Source of the DNA: a virus
Taxonomy: Duplodnaviria; Caudoviricetes
Direction: 5' to 3' (one strand)
IMG/VR virus record: IMGVR_UViG_3300034061_004620
DNA: 64,000 nucleotides
Position numbers and translations under genes: made by a program. Shown here in pieces: positions 27,071-36,163 of the stretch. The notes beneath the pieces were generated by a model that saw nothing but the letters and a program-made list of their open reading frames with translations, had not been told where the DNA came from and searched no databases. The stretch's first letter is position 1, and every line of letters starts with the position of its first letter.

Positions 27071-27543
27071 CCACCCCAATCGCCAAACCAGTAGTTAAAA
27101 ATAAATTTTGGGTAGTTGAAAACCAAGGTGAAAAAATAGCAACCATACAGGCAGTTAATCATGGTGGTGTTGTTTACGTTCACAATGAACAAAGAGAATT
27201 TTTCCCGAGTGTTAAAGTTCTAAAACAAAAATATAATATAAAATTTTCATCAACAGCCAAATCACAAAAAAATAGTACCAGTAAAGTTTACGGATTTCCT
27301 ATCTCAGGTAAAAGTTATAACGTGGTTTATGATGTTAAAAATCGTATACCCATTTATACAAAAACAGAAAAAAGTAAGAGTCAATATTGTGCCGGTTATT
27401 ACTTGATACTTTCTAATAACGTATGGAGCAAACATTTTTGTCCAAAACGTATCACTATCACCAGATATCAATTTTGTGGACCTTATCAAAACGAAGAAGA
27501 CATAACGATCAAACTCAAGGAACTGACCAATGCAGAAACTTAG
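27067..27543 (+). CDS. Hypothetical protein
   Basis: ATGA-coupled; KSQYCAGYY..FCPK. Confidence 0.7.
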   Translation: MTTPIAKPVVKNKFWVVENQGEKIATIQAVNHGGVVYVHNEQREFFPSVKVLKQKYNIKFSSTAKSQKNSTSKVYGFPISGKSYNVVYDVKNRIPIYTKTEKSKSQYCAGYYLILSNNVWSKHFCPKRITITRYQFCGPYQNEEDITIKLKELTNAET

Positions 27544-27742
27544 TCTGGCATTTCGAAATTTCAACAACAAAGTGCAACAAATGAATCAAACCGGCGCCAA
27601 GCAATTGGTGCTTAATGCAGATGAGGCAAGAAATCTACATGCCGACATTTATATACTTTTGGCAAACTTGGCTGAAACGCAAGCCGAATCAGAACCCGTA
27701 GCAAATGCCCAAACGTTTATGGACGGTGGCGGCTTTAAATAA
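27530..27742 (+). CDS. Hypothetical protein
   Basis: AAGGA RBS; 70 aa. Confidence 0.6.
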   Translation: MQKLSLAFRNFNNKVQQMNQTGAKQLVLNADEARNLHADIYILLANLAETQAESEPVANAQTFMDGGGFK

Positions 27743-27786
27743 AATACGCCGTTTACTATGATAAATACATAATCAAGGATCAAGCA

Positions 27787-28074
27787 ATGGCAAGACCCAA
27801 ACCAACTGTGTTGTTAGAGCATGTAAATAAAACTAACTACAAGAGTGACCAAGTGCTGAGCTCAGAAGGTATTTGGGCAGTTTTTTACGACAATGCGCCT
27901 ATCAATTTAAAAACACATCACACCTTATTACACTATCCAGGACCAAAATACAAGAAGGTTTCGTTTAGCAATAGTGGACATGCTATTAATCTTTGCAAAA
28001 AACTTAACACCCTTTTTAAAACGGACAAATTCACTGTGGTCCTAATGAAACAAGGTGATCAAATCTACCCGTAA
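27787..28074 (+). CDS. Hypothetical basic protein
   Basis: ATAAATA at 27761-27767; YPGPKYKKVSFSNSGHA. Confidence 0.7.
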   Translation: MARPKPTVLLEHVNKTNYKSDQVLSSEGIWAVFYDNAPINLKTHHTLLHYPGPKYKKVSFSNSGHAINLCKKLNTLFKTDKFTVVLMKQGDQIYP

Positions 28075-28420
28075 TCAACAAAGTTACACCGAAGGTATAC
28101 TACAAGCAGGTGATCATAGTGCCACCGAATATCCACAGTATATCAAAGTTTGGTGGTGGAACCCCACCGATCCAAACAGTTTACGACTAAGCAAATCTGG
28201 TTGGCAATTTATTAAGAAGTTTACAAAAATTCCTTTATACGAATGCAGTTTAAGCGAACCTTTGCGTAATCGTACCCTTATACAACTAAGCCGGCTATTT
28301 ACTTGTCCCTATTATATTGAAAAACCAGATAAATTAATTCTATTGGGCGAGCAAGAAACTGTACTGCTTAAATTGCACGCCGACAATCTTCAACAATACC
28401 TGGACAACTTACAACTTTAA
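28055..28420 (+). CDS. Hypothetical protein
   Basis: 121-aa ORF in tandem. Confidence 0.55.
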   Translation: MIKSTRNQQSYTEGILQAGDHSATEYPQYIKVWWWNPTDPNSLRLSKSGWQFIKKFTKIPLYECSLSEPLRNRTLIQLSRLFTCPYYIEKPDKLILLGEQETVLLKLHADNLQQYLDNLQL

Positions 28421-28426
28421 CAACCG

Positions 28427-28455
28427 TTGCACATAATTCGCGTTTTGCATATAAT
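28427..28455 (+). promoter_or_regulatory. sigma70-like (early) promoter
   Basis: TTGCAC-N17-TATAAT, followed by AAGGAGG RBS. Confidence 0.65.
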
Positions 28456-28481
28456 GTACAGTCTCGTTAAAAGGAGGCTAT

Positions 28482-28829
28482 ATGCAAGCTCGTACATATA
28501 TTACAAAATATGCAACTCGCAATAGCAATAAAGCAATAGTTCAATATTACAAAATACCCGCTACAACAAAATGGGTAGAGTACATGTTAGACAAGCATGA
28601 TGTTAACAAAATACTAATGGATAGCGATTTTGCAACAAAAATGGACTTGTTAGAAGTTTTGCAAGTTTTAGAGCGCAAAATTGACTATATGTATAAGCAT
28701 CCAAATTTTAATTTTAAAAAAGCAACAGATTTGTTCCATATTATGAAAAATGCAACAAAAGTTGCACCTTTAGCAACACCCACAAATGTTGCTAAAAAGC
28801 AACAAAAAAAGAAGCTCAAAAAACGGTAG
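28482..28829 (+). CDS. Hypothetical protein
   Basis: AAGGAGG RBS. Confidence 0.65.
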   Translation: MQARTYITKYATRNSNKAIVQYYKIPATTKWVEYMLDKHDVNKILMDSDFATKMDLLEVLQVLERKIDYMYKHPNFNFKKATDLFHIMKNATKVAPLATPTNVAKKQQKKKLKKR

Positions 28830-28855
28830 ACTAAAAAGACCCATTTTGCTATACT
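28827..28855 (+). promoter_or_regulatory. sigma70-like (early) promoter
   Basis: TAGACT-N17-TATACT with TGn extension. Confidence 0.55.
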
Positions 28856-28901
28856 GTATGTGTTGTGTAGTTAATTTAACCCGTAATTTATAGGAGAGTA
28901 C

Positions 28902-29297
28902 ATGTCTAAGACTTTTACTTTTGCAGGCACTTGCGTTGAGAATGGTGCTGTTGTTTACAAATTTGCTAACGACGCTAATCGTGCTAAGGCACTTGAGCGT
29001 TTTGGTTGCACTGAGATTAACATTGTTGCACTACCCAATGCAATGGACAAGGATGCTGCCGTTGCATACTTGGCTACGGTGGGTATGACTGCTACTAAAC
29101 CGGCTCGTGCTGCTAAGGCTGCAAAGCCTGCTGTTGTCAAGGTTAAGGCTGCTAAGACTACTAAAGTAGTCGCAACCAAAGCCAAGCGAGTGCCAGCTGA
29201 ATTGAAGCCTGGCATGGATGCTGCCAAGTTCTTTGATGCATGGATGGCTGACAAGGCTGTTAAAGCAGATGAATGGCGCGAGAAGAACGGTCTGTAA
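28902..29297 (+). CDS. Lys/Ala-rich protein with H1-like C-terminal half
   Basis: KPARAAKAAKPAVVKVKAAKTTKVVATKAKR; AGGAG RBS. Confidence 0.7.
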   Translation: MSKTFTFAGTCVENGAVVYKFANDANRAKALERFGCTEINIVALPNAMDKDAAVAYLATVGMTATKPARAAKAAKPAVVKVKAAKTTKVVATKAKRVPAELKPGMDAAKFFDAWMADKAVKADEWREKNGL

Positions 29298-29304
29298 TAA
29301 AATG

Positions 29305-29334
29305 AGCGTCTGTTGTGTAAAAGCGACAGACGCT
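29305..29334 (+). terminator. Inverted repeat, possible terminator or processing hairpin
   Basis: AGCGTCTGT-N12-ACAGACGCT; weak U tract; TATAAT follows at 29350-29355. Confidence 0.4.
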
Positions 29335-29386
29335 TATTCGCGATTGTACTATAATATTGTTTCACACGTTGACAAGGAGAATATAA

Positions 29387-30490
29387 ATGGCAGTTACAGA
29401 AACCCGTACGGTTACGCCCGAAGAGGCTCGTAGTCGTATCCTAAGGTCGTTTAAACACAAACGACCTATGTTCCTTTGGGGACCACCAGGTGTTGGTAAA
29501 AGCGAGGTAATCGCTGACATTTGTCGCGAGCTCGGCGGGTACATGATTGACCTGCGTCTTTCGCAGATGGAACCTACAGACATGCGCGGCATTCCATTCT
29601 ATAACAAAGACAAGGGTCTTATGGATTGGGCACCGCCAATTGACTTGCCTGATGAAGAACTTGCGGCACAGTATCCGATTGTAGTATTACTCCTGGATGA
29701 GATGAATTCGGCTGCACCCGCAGTGCAAGCCGCAGCATATCAACTAATTTTGAATCGTCGTATTGGCAAGTATCGATTGCCAGACAATGTCGTAATGGTT
29801 GCAGCGGGTAATAGAGATTCGGACAAAGGCGTTACATATCGTATGCCAAGTCCACTTGCCAATCGCTTTGTACACTTGGAGGTCCGTCCAGACTTTGAAT
29901 CCTGGCAGACATGGGCTGTTAAGAACAAAATCCATGCGGATGTTGTTGGTTATCTGTCGTTCGCTAAGAGTGACATGTTTGACTTTGATCCGCGTAGTAA
30001 CAGTCGTTCGTTTGCTACACCGCGTTCGTGGACCTTTGCAAGTGACTTTTGCAAAGACACAGACATGCCCGCGTCAGAACTAACGGATCTTGTTGCAGGC
30101 TGCGTAGGCGAGGGTATTGCACACAAGTTTATGGCTCATCGCAAAGTGGCTGGTTCGCTGCCAAAGCCCGAAGACATTCTTGCAGGCAAGGTTAAAGAAC
30201 TCAAGACCAAAGAAGTGTCGGCTATGTATTCGCTGACCACCAGTATGTGCTACGAGTTACAAGACTTTCACACCAAGAATAAAGACAAGATCGCCGAGTT
30301 CCATAAGATGGCCGACAACTTCCTGCGGTTCATGATGGATAACTTTACTACCGAAGTCACTGTCATGGGTGCGCGAGTTGCGTTGACTACATACAATCTG
30401 CCAATGGTTCCAGGCAAGATGCCAAGCTTCGATGAGTTCCATCAGCGTTACGGCAAGTATGTTCTTGCAGCAGCCGGTTCGTCTAAATAA
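29387..30490 (+). CDS. MoxR-like AAA+ ATPase
   Basis: GPPGVGKS, LLDEMN, AAGN, PLANRF, TPRSW. Confidence 0.9.
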   Translation: MAVTETRTVTPEEARSRILRSFKHKRPMFLWGPPGVGKSEVIADICRELGGYMIDLRLSQMEPTDMRGIPFYNKDKGLMDWAPPIDLPDEELAAQYPIVVLLLDEMNSAAPAVQAAAYQLILNRRIGKYRLPDNVVMVAAGNRDSDKGVTYRMPSPLANRFVHLEVRPDFESWQTWAVKNKIHADVVGYLSFAKSDMFDFDPRSNSRSFATPRSWTFASDFCKDTDMPASELTDLVAGCVGEGIAHKFMAHRKVAGSLPKPEDILAGKVKELKTKEVSAMYSLTTSMCYELQDFHTKNKDKIAEFHKMADNFLRFMMDNFTTEVTVMGARVALTTYNLPMVPGKMPSFDEFHQRYGKYVLAAAGSSK

Positions 30491-30508
30491 TTGAGTCGCG
30501 TGTGAGGC

Positions 30509-30543
30509 AGGGGCAGGACTTGGTCCGTAAGACCCCTTTTTTT
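30509..30543 (+). terminator. Rho-independent terminator candidate
   Basis: AGGGG..GGAC-TTG-GTCC..CCCCT followed by a T run. Confidence 0.5.
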
Positions 30544-30546
30544 ATT

Positions 30547-30867
30547 ATGAAATATTTTGTTGAACAATTAGACAAGAGACATACAGGGCATTATCTGTGG
30601 CGTTATCGTTTGCGTATACAAGTCAATTTTGATCTTAACAGATCTCATTATAGAAATTTTCATGTGCTAAGATCTTGGATGATTGAGCAGTACGGTGTAA
30701 GTTGCGAACGAGATTTATATGGTAGCACCGCAATCAGTTGTAAAGGATATGAACCATTCAATCCGCCATGGTGTTGGCATGTGGATAAAGGTTATCCAAA
30801 CCATCAATACATATATGTTAAAGATGACACGGTCCTTAGTAACGTCACTCTTAAATGGATCGTTTGA
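30547..30867 (+). CDS. Hypothetical protein
   Basis: ATG 30547; ends TLKWIV. Confidence 0.55.
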   Translation: MKYFVEQLDKRHTGHYLWRYRLRIQVNFDLNRSHYRNFHVLRSWMIEQYGVSCERDLYGSTAISCKGYEPFNPPWCWHVDKGYPNHQYIYVKDDTVLSNVTLKWIV

Positions 30868-30892
30868 CTATAAATCCAGAACACGCTATAAT
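30864..30892 (+). promoter_or_regulatory. sigma70-like promoter
   Basis: TTGACT-N17-TATAAT; AAGGAG RBS follows. Confidence 0.65.
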
Positions 30893-30919
30893 AATACATA
30901 TAGTTAAGGAGCATAACAC

Positions 30920-32167
30920 ATGACAGCATCTACTGTAATTGACAAAGAAAAAGTTGTAACTGTAACCGATCCGCGCACTGATGCTGCGGCTCGTGAGAAA
31001 CTGACTACTGCTCGTATTGGCTTGCTACTAAAGGCGCCGTTTTTTGGACAGTTAGCTACCCGTATGACGCTAACTAATGCAGATGAATGGTGCGGAACCG
31101 CTGCAACTGACGGGCGTAAGTTCTATTATAATAGTGAGTTTGTAAACAAGATGCCGCTAAAACAGCTCGAATTTCTTGTGGGGCACGAGATCTTGCATGC
31201 GGTTTATGATCACATGGGACGGCGTGGCGACCGTATGCCACGACTGAGTAATATTGCTGCCGACTACTGCGTTAATCAAGACTTGGTCGAACAACGTATT
31301 GGTGAAAAAATCAGTGTGGTACCAATCTTGTTTGATAATAAATTTAAAGGTTGGAGCTACGAAGAAGTTTATAATTACCTATATGAGAATTCAGACAAGA
31401 TAGACATTAGTCAATTGGAGAAAATGATCCTCGACGACCATCTTGAAGAAGATGGTGACGGTGATAACGAAGATGGTTCGGGTAAGCCTAAACTAAGCAA
31501 GGAAGAAGCACAGGCTATCCGCGATGAAATCAAAGGAGCAGTGATTAGTGCTGCACAGGCGGCGGGTGCGGGCAATTTGCCTTCGGGTGTTAAGCGTCTG
31601 CTCAAAGACATCACTGAACCAGTTATTGGTTGGAAGGAACTGCTGCAACAACAGATTACAGCCGTAATTAAAAATGACTACACTTGGGCTCGACCAAGTC
31701 GTAGAGGTTGGCATATGGATGCTATCATGCCTGGACTCAAGCCCGGAGACATGATTGACATCTGTATTGCCATGGATCAATCCGGATCCATTAGTGAAGA
31801 AGATAGCAAGGCATTCTTGGGCGAGATTAAAGGCATCATGGAGGCGTTCGACGAGTACAAGATTACACTGTGGTGCTTTGATACCGAAGTGTACAATGTA
31901 AAGACTTATACTTCAGACAATATAGATGACATTATGACTTACGAACCCCAAGGTGGCGGAGGTACAGACTTTGAAGTCAATTGGGAATTCATGAAACAAG
32001 AAAACATTGAACCTAAAAAATTCATCATGTTTACTGACGGCATGCCGTATGATTCATGGGGCGATGAACAATACTGCGAAACAGTTTGGATCATCAAAGG
32101 CAACCCTGGATGTGAACCACCGTGGGGTATTTGGGCACACTACGAAGAAGCTGCGAAAGGACGATAA
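30920..32167 (+). CDS. Metallopeptidase-like plus VWA domain protein (DUF2201-like), partner of MoxR
   Basis: TAATDG, HEILH (HExxH), acidic linker, MIDAS DQSGS, GGGTDF, FTDG. Confidence 0.88.
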   Translation: MTASTVIDKEKVVTVTDPRTDAAAREKLTTARIGLLLKAPFFGQLATRMTLTNADEWCGTAATDGRKFYYNSEFVNKMPLKQLEFLVGHEILHAVYDHMGRRGDRMPRLSNIAADYCVNQDLVEQRIGEKISVVPILFDNKFKGWSYEEVYNYLYENSDKIDISQLEKMILDDHLEEDGDGDNEDGSGKPKLSKEEAQAIRDEIKGAVISAAQAAGAGNLPSGVKRLLKDITEPVIGWKELLQQQITAVIKNDYTWARPSRRGWHMDAIMPGLKPGDMIDICIAMDQSGSISEEDSKAFLGEIKGIMEAFDEYKITLWCFDTEVYNVKTYTSDNIDDIMTYEPQGGGGTDFEVNWEFMKQENIEPKKFIMFTDGMPYDSWGDEQYCETVWIIKGNPGCEPPWGIWAHYEEAAKGR

Positions 32168-32433
32168 TGAAACGAACATGGCGTTTTTTAAAATGGTTTG
32201 CGAGCAAGTGCGGTTGGCCTGAGTTAGTTCTTTTTACAACATCATTTTGTTTTTTTGCAGGACTTACAGCCGGCGAAGGTCCTACCCGCGATACATTTTG
32301 GACCATAGCTATAGGAGCAGTTGTAGGTGCCATGTTGATGTTCTTATGGTGGGGTGCAAAAAATACCTGGGCCGATTTTAAGAAGCACGACGAACAAGTG
32401 TTTGACATTCTAAAGAAGGATGATATTAAGTGA
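32167..32433 (+). CDS. Hypothetical two-TM protein
   Basis: TAATG coupling; hydrophobic segments. Confidence 0.55.
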   Translation: MKRTWRFLKWFASKCGWPELVLFTTSFCFFAGLTAGEGPTRDTFWTIAIGAVVGAMLMFLWWGAKNTWADFKKHDEQVFDILKKDDIK

Positions 32434-32603
32434 TAACCAAAGAATTTATTTTAGTTGCTATTGCTATTGCGATTGGTGTAGTTGTAGCTTTTGCAACTTA
32501 TCCTGTTAAAGAGCGCACTATTGATTGTAGTATAGCAGAAATCAGTCCTGACTATACCAATGCAATGAAGGAAGCCTGTAGAAAGGAAAGGATGGCCCGA
32601 TGA
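32430..32603 (+). CDS. 57-aa protein with N-terminal TM
   Basis: GTGA overlap; IDCSIAEISPD..KEACR. Confidence 0.5.
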   Translation: MITKEFILVAIAIAIGVVVAFATYPVKERTIDCSIAEISPDYTNAMKEACRKERMAR

Positions 32604-32818
32604 TAGTAGAATTAAATGACGAAGCGGTAGACGGATTAATCAAAAGTCTGCTTATCCAAGACTACAAAGGTCTTTGTTCAGACATTGAGAATTTAGAATC
32701 CGCAAAGGAACTGCGTGATTATCAACGGCAAGACCTTGAGCACAACTATCGATATCGTAATGCAATGGAAATATTAATGGAATATTATGTTGGTTTTGAT
32801 TGGAAGAAAGAACTGTGA
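32600..32818 (+). CDS. Hypothetical protein
   Basis: ATGA coupling. Confidence 0.6.
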   Translation: MIVELNDEAVDGLIKSLLIQDYKGLCSDIENLESAKELRDYQRQDLEHNYRYRNAMEILMEYYVGFDWKKEL

Positions 32819-33207
32819 AACACGTAGGTGTAGCTGTTGGCATGGATATGATTGAACGTATAGATCGTGTGCGCGAACTGGCCAACTTCTTTGGTTTTAG
32901 ATTGGGCCGACGACCTCACTCAGGTTTTGGTGACAGTACCATAGATCCAATTGCTTTATATCCCAAAGACAATCAACTACCCGTATACAGTCGCGATGCT
33001 TGTTTGTTTACAGGTTCATTGAGTGATGTTGAAAACTTTTTAGATGGCATTCAATGGGCAAGAAAATACGATAATCTAATAGGTGCCATGAGTGACAAAC
33101 GTCGCGAACAGTTTGAAGCCAAAGAGGTTGCTCGTTTAGAACGAATTGTACATAATAAAGCCAAAGCTGAAACTTTTAAAACTCTCAAGAAAGATTTCGC
33201 CAACTAA
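32800..33207 (+). CDS. Hypothetical protein
   Basis: In-tandem ORF; start uncertain. Confidence 0.6.
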   Translation: MEERTVKHVGVAVGMDMIERIDRVRELANFFGFRLGRRPHSGFGDSTIDPIALYPKDNQLPVYSRDACLFTGSLSDVENFLDGIQWARKYDNLIGAMSDKRREQFEAKEVARLERIVHNKAKAETFKTLKKDFAN

Positions 33208-33797
33208 TGGGAGTCCGAAGTCAATATTATATTCTGAATCATATAGATTCTCTACAAGGTGCTATTGTAGAAATTGGATGTGGTCGAGGCGAAGGATCTA
33301 CAGATTTCTTTGCTGGACTTGTAGTGGGCTGTAAACAATTTAATCATTATGCTGTGGACTTTGATCCAGAAGCGTATGGAGTGGCTAAAAGATACGCCGA
33401 CGTTATATCAAACAGTCATGCTTATATGCTTACTGGCGAAGAATTTTTAAGTTCTGTATTTTCAACATTGAACGAAAAAATTTGTTATGCTTATCTTGAT
33501 AACTTCGATTACAATTACGATCCAAATAATCCTCCTTGGTGGGTTCAAGGACAGATACAGAGATATAAAGAATTCGACATTGATATGACCAATGAGAACA
33601 GCGAAAAAGCACATTTAACTCAGGCGCAGCTTATTGTACCTTATGCCGCAGACTGTTGTATAGTTCATCTTGATGACACATTTTTACAAAATGATAGGTG
33701 GCATGGTAAAGGCGCAACTGCGGTTCCTTGGTTAATTGACAATAATTGGAAAATAGTTTATAGTTATAGTAATACAGTAGCATTATCAAACTTTTAA
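33207..33797 (+). CDS. Class I methyltransferase-like protein
   Basis: VEIGCGRGEGS, AVDFD, YLDNFD, LDDT..GKG. Confidence 0.6.
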   Translation: MGVRSQYYILNHIDSLQGAIVEIGCGRGEGSTDFFAGLVVGCKQFNHYAVDFDPEAYGVAKRYADVISNSHAYMLTGEEFLSSVFSTLNEKICYAYLDNFDYNYDPNNPPWWVQGQIQRYKEFDIDMTNENSEKAHLTQAQLIVPYAADCCIVHLDDTFLQNDRWHGKGATAVPWLIDNNWKIVYSYSNTVALSNF

Positions 33798-33805
33798 GGC
33801 CCATA

Positions 33806-34093
33806 ATGGAACCAGTCAATCTTGAAGAAATCAAAGCCAGTAAAAAAGTAAAACAACTTATTGCTGAATTACAAGAACGATTGTTACTTACAGAAGATGT
33901 TCTTGAAGACATTACTCGTGCTGCCGAGATAGTAGAGGTAACCGGGCAACGAGAAATTCTAAGCACATGGATCGAACAATCCAACAAGTTCTTGCAAGAT
34001 CGTATTGTGCGCCCTGATAGTAGTATTAGTGCTGATCAACAAAAGATTCTTGTTGTAACCGACGAAACCGAGTCAAATAAAAATGTTACGTGA
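33806..34093 (+). CDS. Hypothetical protein
   Basis: 95-aa helical ORF. Confidence 0.6.
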   Translation: MEPVNLEEIKASKKVKQLIAELQERLLLTEDVLEDITRAAEIVEVTGQREILSTWIEQSNKFLQDRIVRPDSSISADQQKILVVTDETESNKNVT

Positions 34094-34373
34094 CGGCGAA
34101 GCCAATCCGTTAACTGTGCATGGACTTAGAGAGATGGATCGTTGCCCACCTCATTTTGTACAGGTCAAATTTGATCTAATGAGTTCATATAAACAAATAG
34201 CAGATTGGATTTGGGAGAATTTTGAAGGCCGTTTTTGGTTAGGTGATTTGTATTATCCAACCGAAAGCGGTTCTATTGTATTAAACGCTTGTGCTGCATT
34301 TGAACTACCCGGCGAAGCCAGTATGTTTAGCTTGTGCCTTGATCAAATCAATTCTCATAACTATTCAAAATAA
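34083..34373 (+). CDS. Hypothetical protein
   Basis: 96 aa. Confidence 0.6.
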   Translation: MLRDGEANPLTVHGLREMDRCPPHFVQVKFDLMSSYKQIADWIWENFEGRFWLGDLYYPTESGSIVLNACAAFELPGEASMFSLCLDQINSHNYSK

Positions 34374-34397
34374 AAAATTCTATTGCTATCAATCAGA

Positions 34398-34419
34398 GTA
34401 AATAACTATAGTTATTTAC
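34398..34419. repeat. Perfect 22-bp palindrome containing TAAATA on both strands
   Basis: GTAAATAACTATAGTTATTTAC, immediately before the GGAG RBS. Confidence 0.85.
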
Positions 34420-34428
34420 GGAGAAGCA

Positions 34429-34650
34429 ATGGAAACAGAACAACCTCAACCCCCAAGTTTAGCCTTATCTGATTTAGTTCTATTACTGAATCTAATTCGT
34501 GCGTCCGCCGAACGCGGTGCGATTAGACCAGAAGAAATGTCAGAAGTTGGCGCAGTTTATCAAAAACTAATCCAATTCTTAGAGGCAAGCGGAGCACTAA
34601 AATCAGCGCAGACAGTGTCTGACTCGCAGGATATTGCTGATTCAAATTAA
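34429..34650 (+). CDS. Hypothetical protein
   Basis: GGAG RBS; 73 aa. Confidence 0.65.
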   Translation: METEQPQPPSLALSDLVLLLNLIRASAERGAIRPEEMSEVGAVYQKLIQFLEASGALKSAQTVSDSQDIADSN

Positions 34651-34666
34651 ATAAAGGAGATTCAAA

Positions 34667-35365
34667 ATGTTAAAACACGTTGGCAAACACAACGACAAAC
34701 GATGTGTGATTGTTTTTAGAAAAATACCAGATTTAGAGCACATGGCATTGGTAGTTTACAGTGATCTACTGCCACGCATGGTTCACGATGAAATTATGCG
34801 GGCGGTGGAAAGTCCACAAGGACAAGCCGCAGTCGAAATTGCTGATGTGCTTTTTAGAACAGTAATGTCCGACGGAACCAACTGTTTGGAAAGTTTACAC
34901 AGAAACGGCCTAATGAAAAAAGTTCCTACCAATCAAGTATTGGTTACGCCAACAACAACAAGTAGTGTTCGTTTAGATGAACTAAATGATATCCTTGATG
35001 AAATGGCAAAAGGTCAAGAAGCATTAGAGAAGTTGCAAAATCTTGATGCCAATCGAGGAATGACCGGCAAGAAAAACAATACAGCAATGAACCAACCTCG
35101 ACGAGCAGAAATTCAAGAAATTGGTGAACGCCGTACTCGTGAAGCTCAAGGTAATACCAGCGCAGCCGACATGCTAACTGGTATGTTAAGCGACAGTGAT
35201 CTCGCTGCTCAAAGAGTTGAACAAGCTCAAAAAATGGAATCAACTGCACAACAATTATTAGCCGAGGCTGCACGTCTCAAAGCCGAAGCAGAAAGTTTAA
35301 ATCCAAGAGCCGAAGATGCCGGAACAAAAACCAAAAAAACCTCGAACAAAAAGCAAGCGGCTTAA
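34667..35365 (+). CDS. Hypothetical protein with coiled-coil C-terminus
   Basis: AAGGAG RBS. Confidence 0.75.
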   Translation: MLKHVGKHNDKRCVIVFRKIPDLEHMALVVYSDLLPRMVHDEIMRAVESPQGQAAVEIADVLFRTVMSDGTNCLESLHRNGLMKKVPTNQVLVTPTTTSSVRLDELNDILDEMAKGQEALEKLQNLDANRGMTGKKNNTAMNQPRRAEIQEIGERRTREAQGNTSAADMLTGMLSDSDLAAQRVEQAQKMESTAQQLLAEAARLKAEAESLNPRAEDAGTKTKKTSNKKQAA

Positions 35366-35657
35366 CTTAGACAGCAAAGCAAAATGGGAATCTATTTTAA
35401 AATCAGTAGAGAAAAAAGAAATTCCTATTGCTATGCTGGAAAGTATGAGCGTTAATTTAACTGACGGCACTGAAGTTAGTATCAATATTAAAGAATTACT
35501 GGATGAAGGTAATGATCCCAATGAACTTGAAAAATTGATTAAGAAAAAATTGAGCGCCTTAGATCATATAATAAGTGATATTGATTTTTATATAAGTGTC
35601 AAGGCAGTAGCTAAAGTAGTACAGCCGGCTACAGATAACATTCTAAAAAATTTATGA
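35316..35657 (+). CDS. Hypothetical protein
   Basis: In-tandem ORF. Confidence 0.65.
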   Translation: MPEQKPKKPRTKSKRLNLDSKAKWESILKSVEKKEIPIAMLESMSVNLTDGTEVSINIKELLDEGNDPNELEKLIKKKLSALDHIISDIDFYISVKAVAKVVQPATDNILKNL

Positions 35658-36163
35658 TTTGTACAATATTTGCAACGGACCAAGTGGGCACATTTGGTAA
35701 CCGTGGCACGTTGCCATGGTCTGTTGATCCCGAAGACATGGCGTGGTTTCGAGAACACACTCAAAATCAAGTCGTGGTAATGGGCAGGCGTACTTGGGAT
35801 GATCCTAAAATGCGTAAACCATTGCCCGACCGTATAAACTGTGTAATTAGTAACAAGCCCATCGATGGATATCCGTCTGTTCGAAGATTATCCGGAGACT
35901 ATAAAAATCAAATACGCGATTTACAATCGTTGTTTCCTAAAAAGAACATTTTTATATTAGGTGGACCAGAAATAATAATGGATTGTAAAAATCTAATAGA
36001 CTATGCATATGTAACTCATAGAAAGGGTGCTGCTTTTTCTGATACCAGAATTGATATGCGAGCATTTATGATTGGTATGCGTATCACAAGTAGTAGACCA
36101 AGCGCAGATAAAATGTTAAACTTTAGTGTATACAAAAATGTAGACATTTTTAGACCTTTTTAA
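35654..36163 (+). CDS. folA: Dihydrofolate reductase
   Basis: GNRGTLPW, EDMAWFR, VVMGRRTW, PLPDRIN, ILGG. Confidence 0.9.
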   Translation: MICTIFATDQVGTFGNRGTLPWSVDPEDMAWFREHTQNQVVVMGRRTWDDPKMRKPLPDRINCVISNKPIDGYPSVRRLSGDYKNQIRDLQSLFPKKNIFILGGPEIIMDCKNLIDYAYVTHRKGAAFSDTRIDMRAFMIGMRITSSRPSADKMLNFSVYKNVDIFRPF

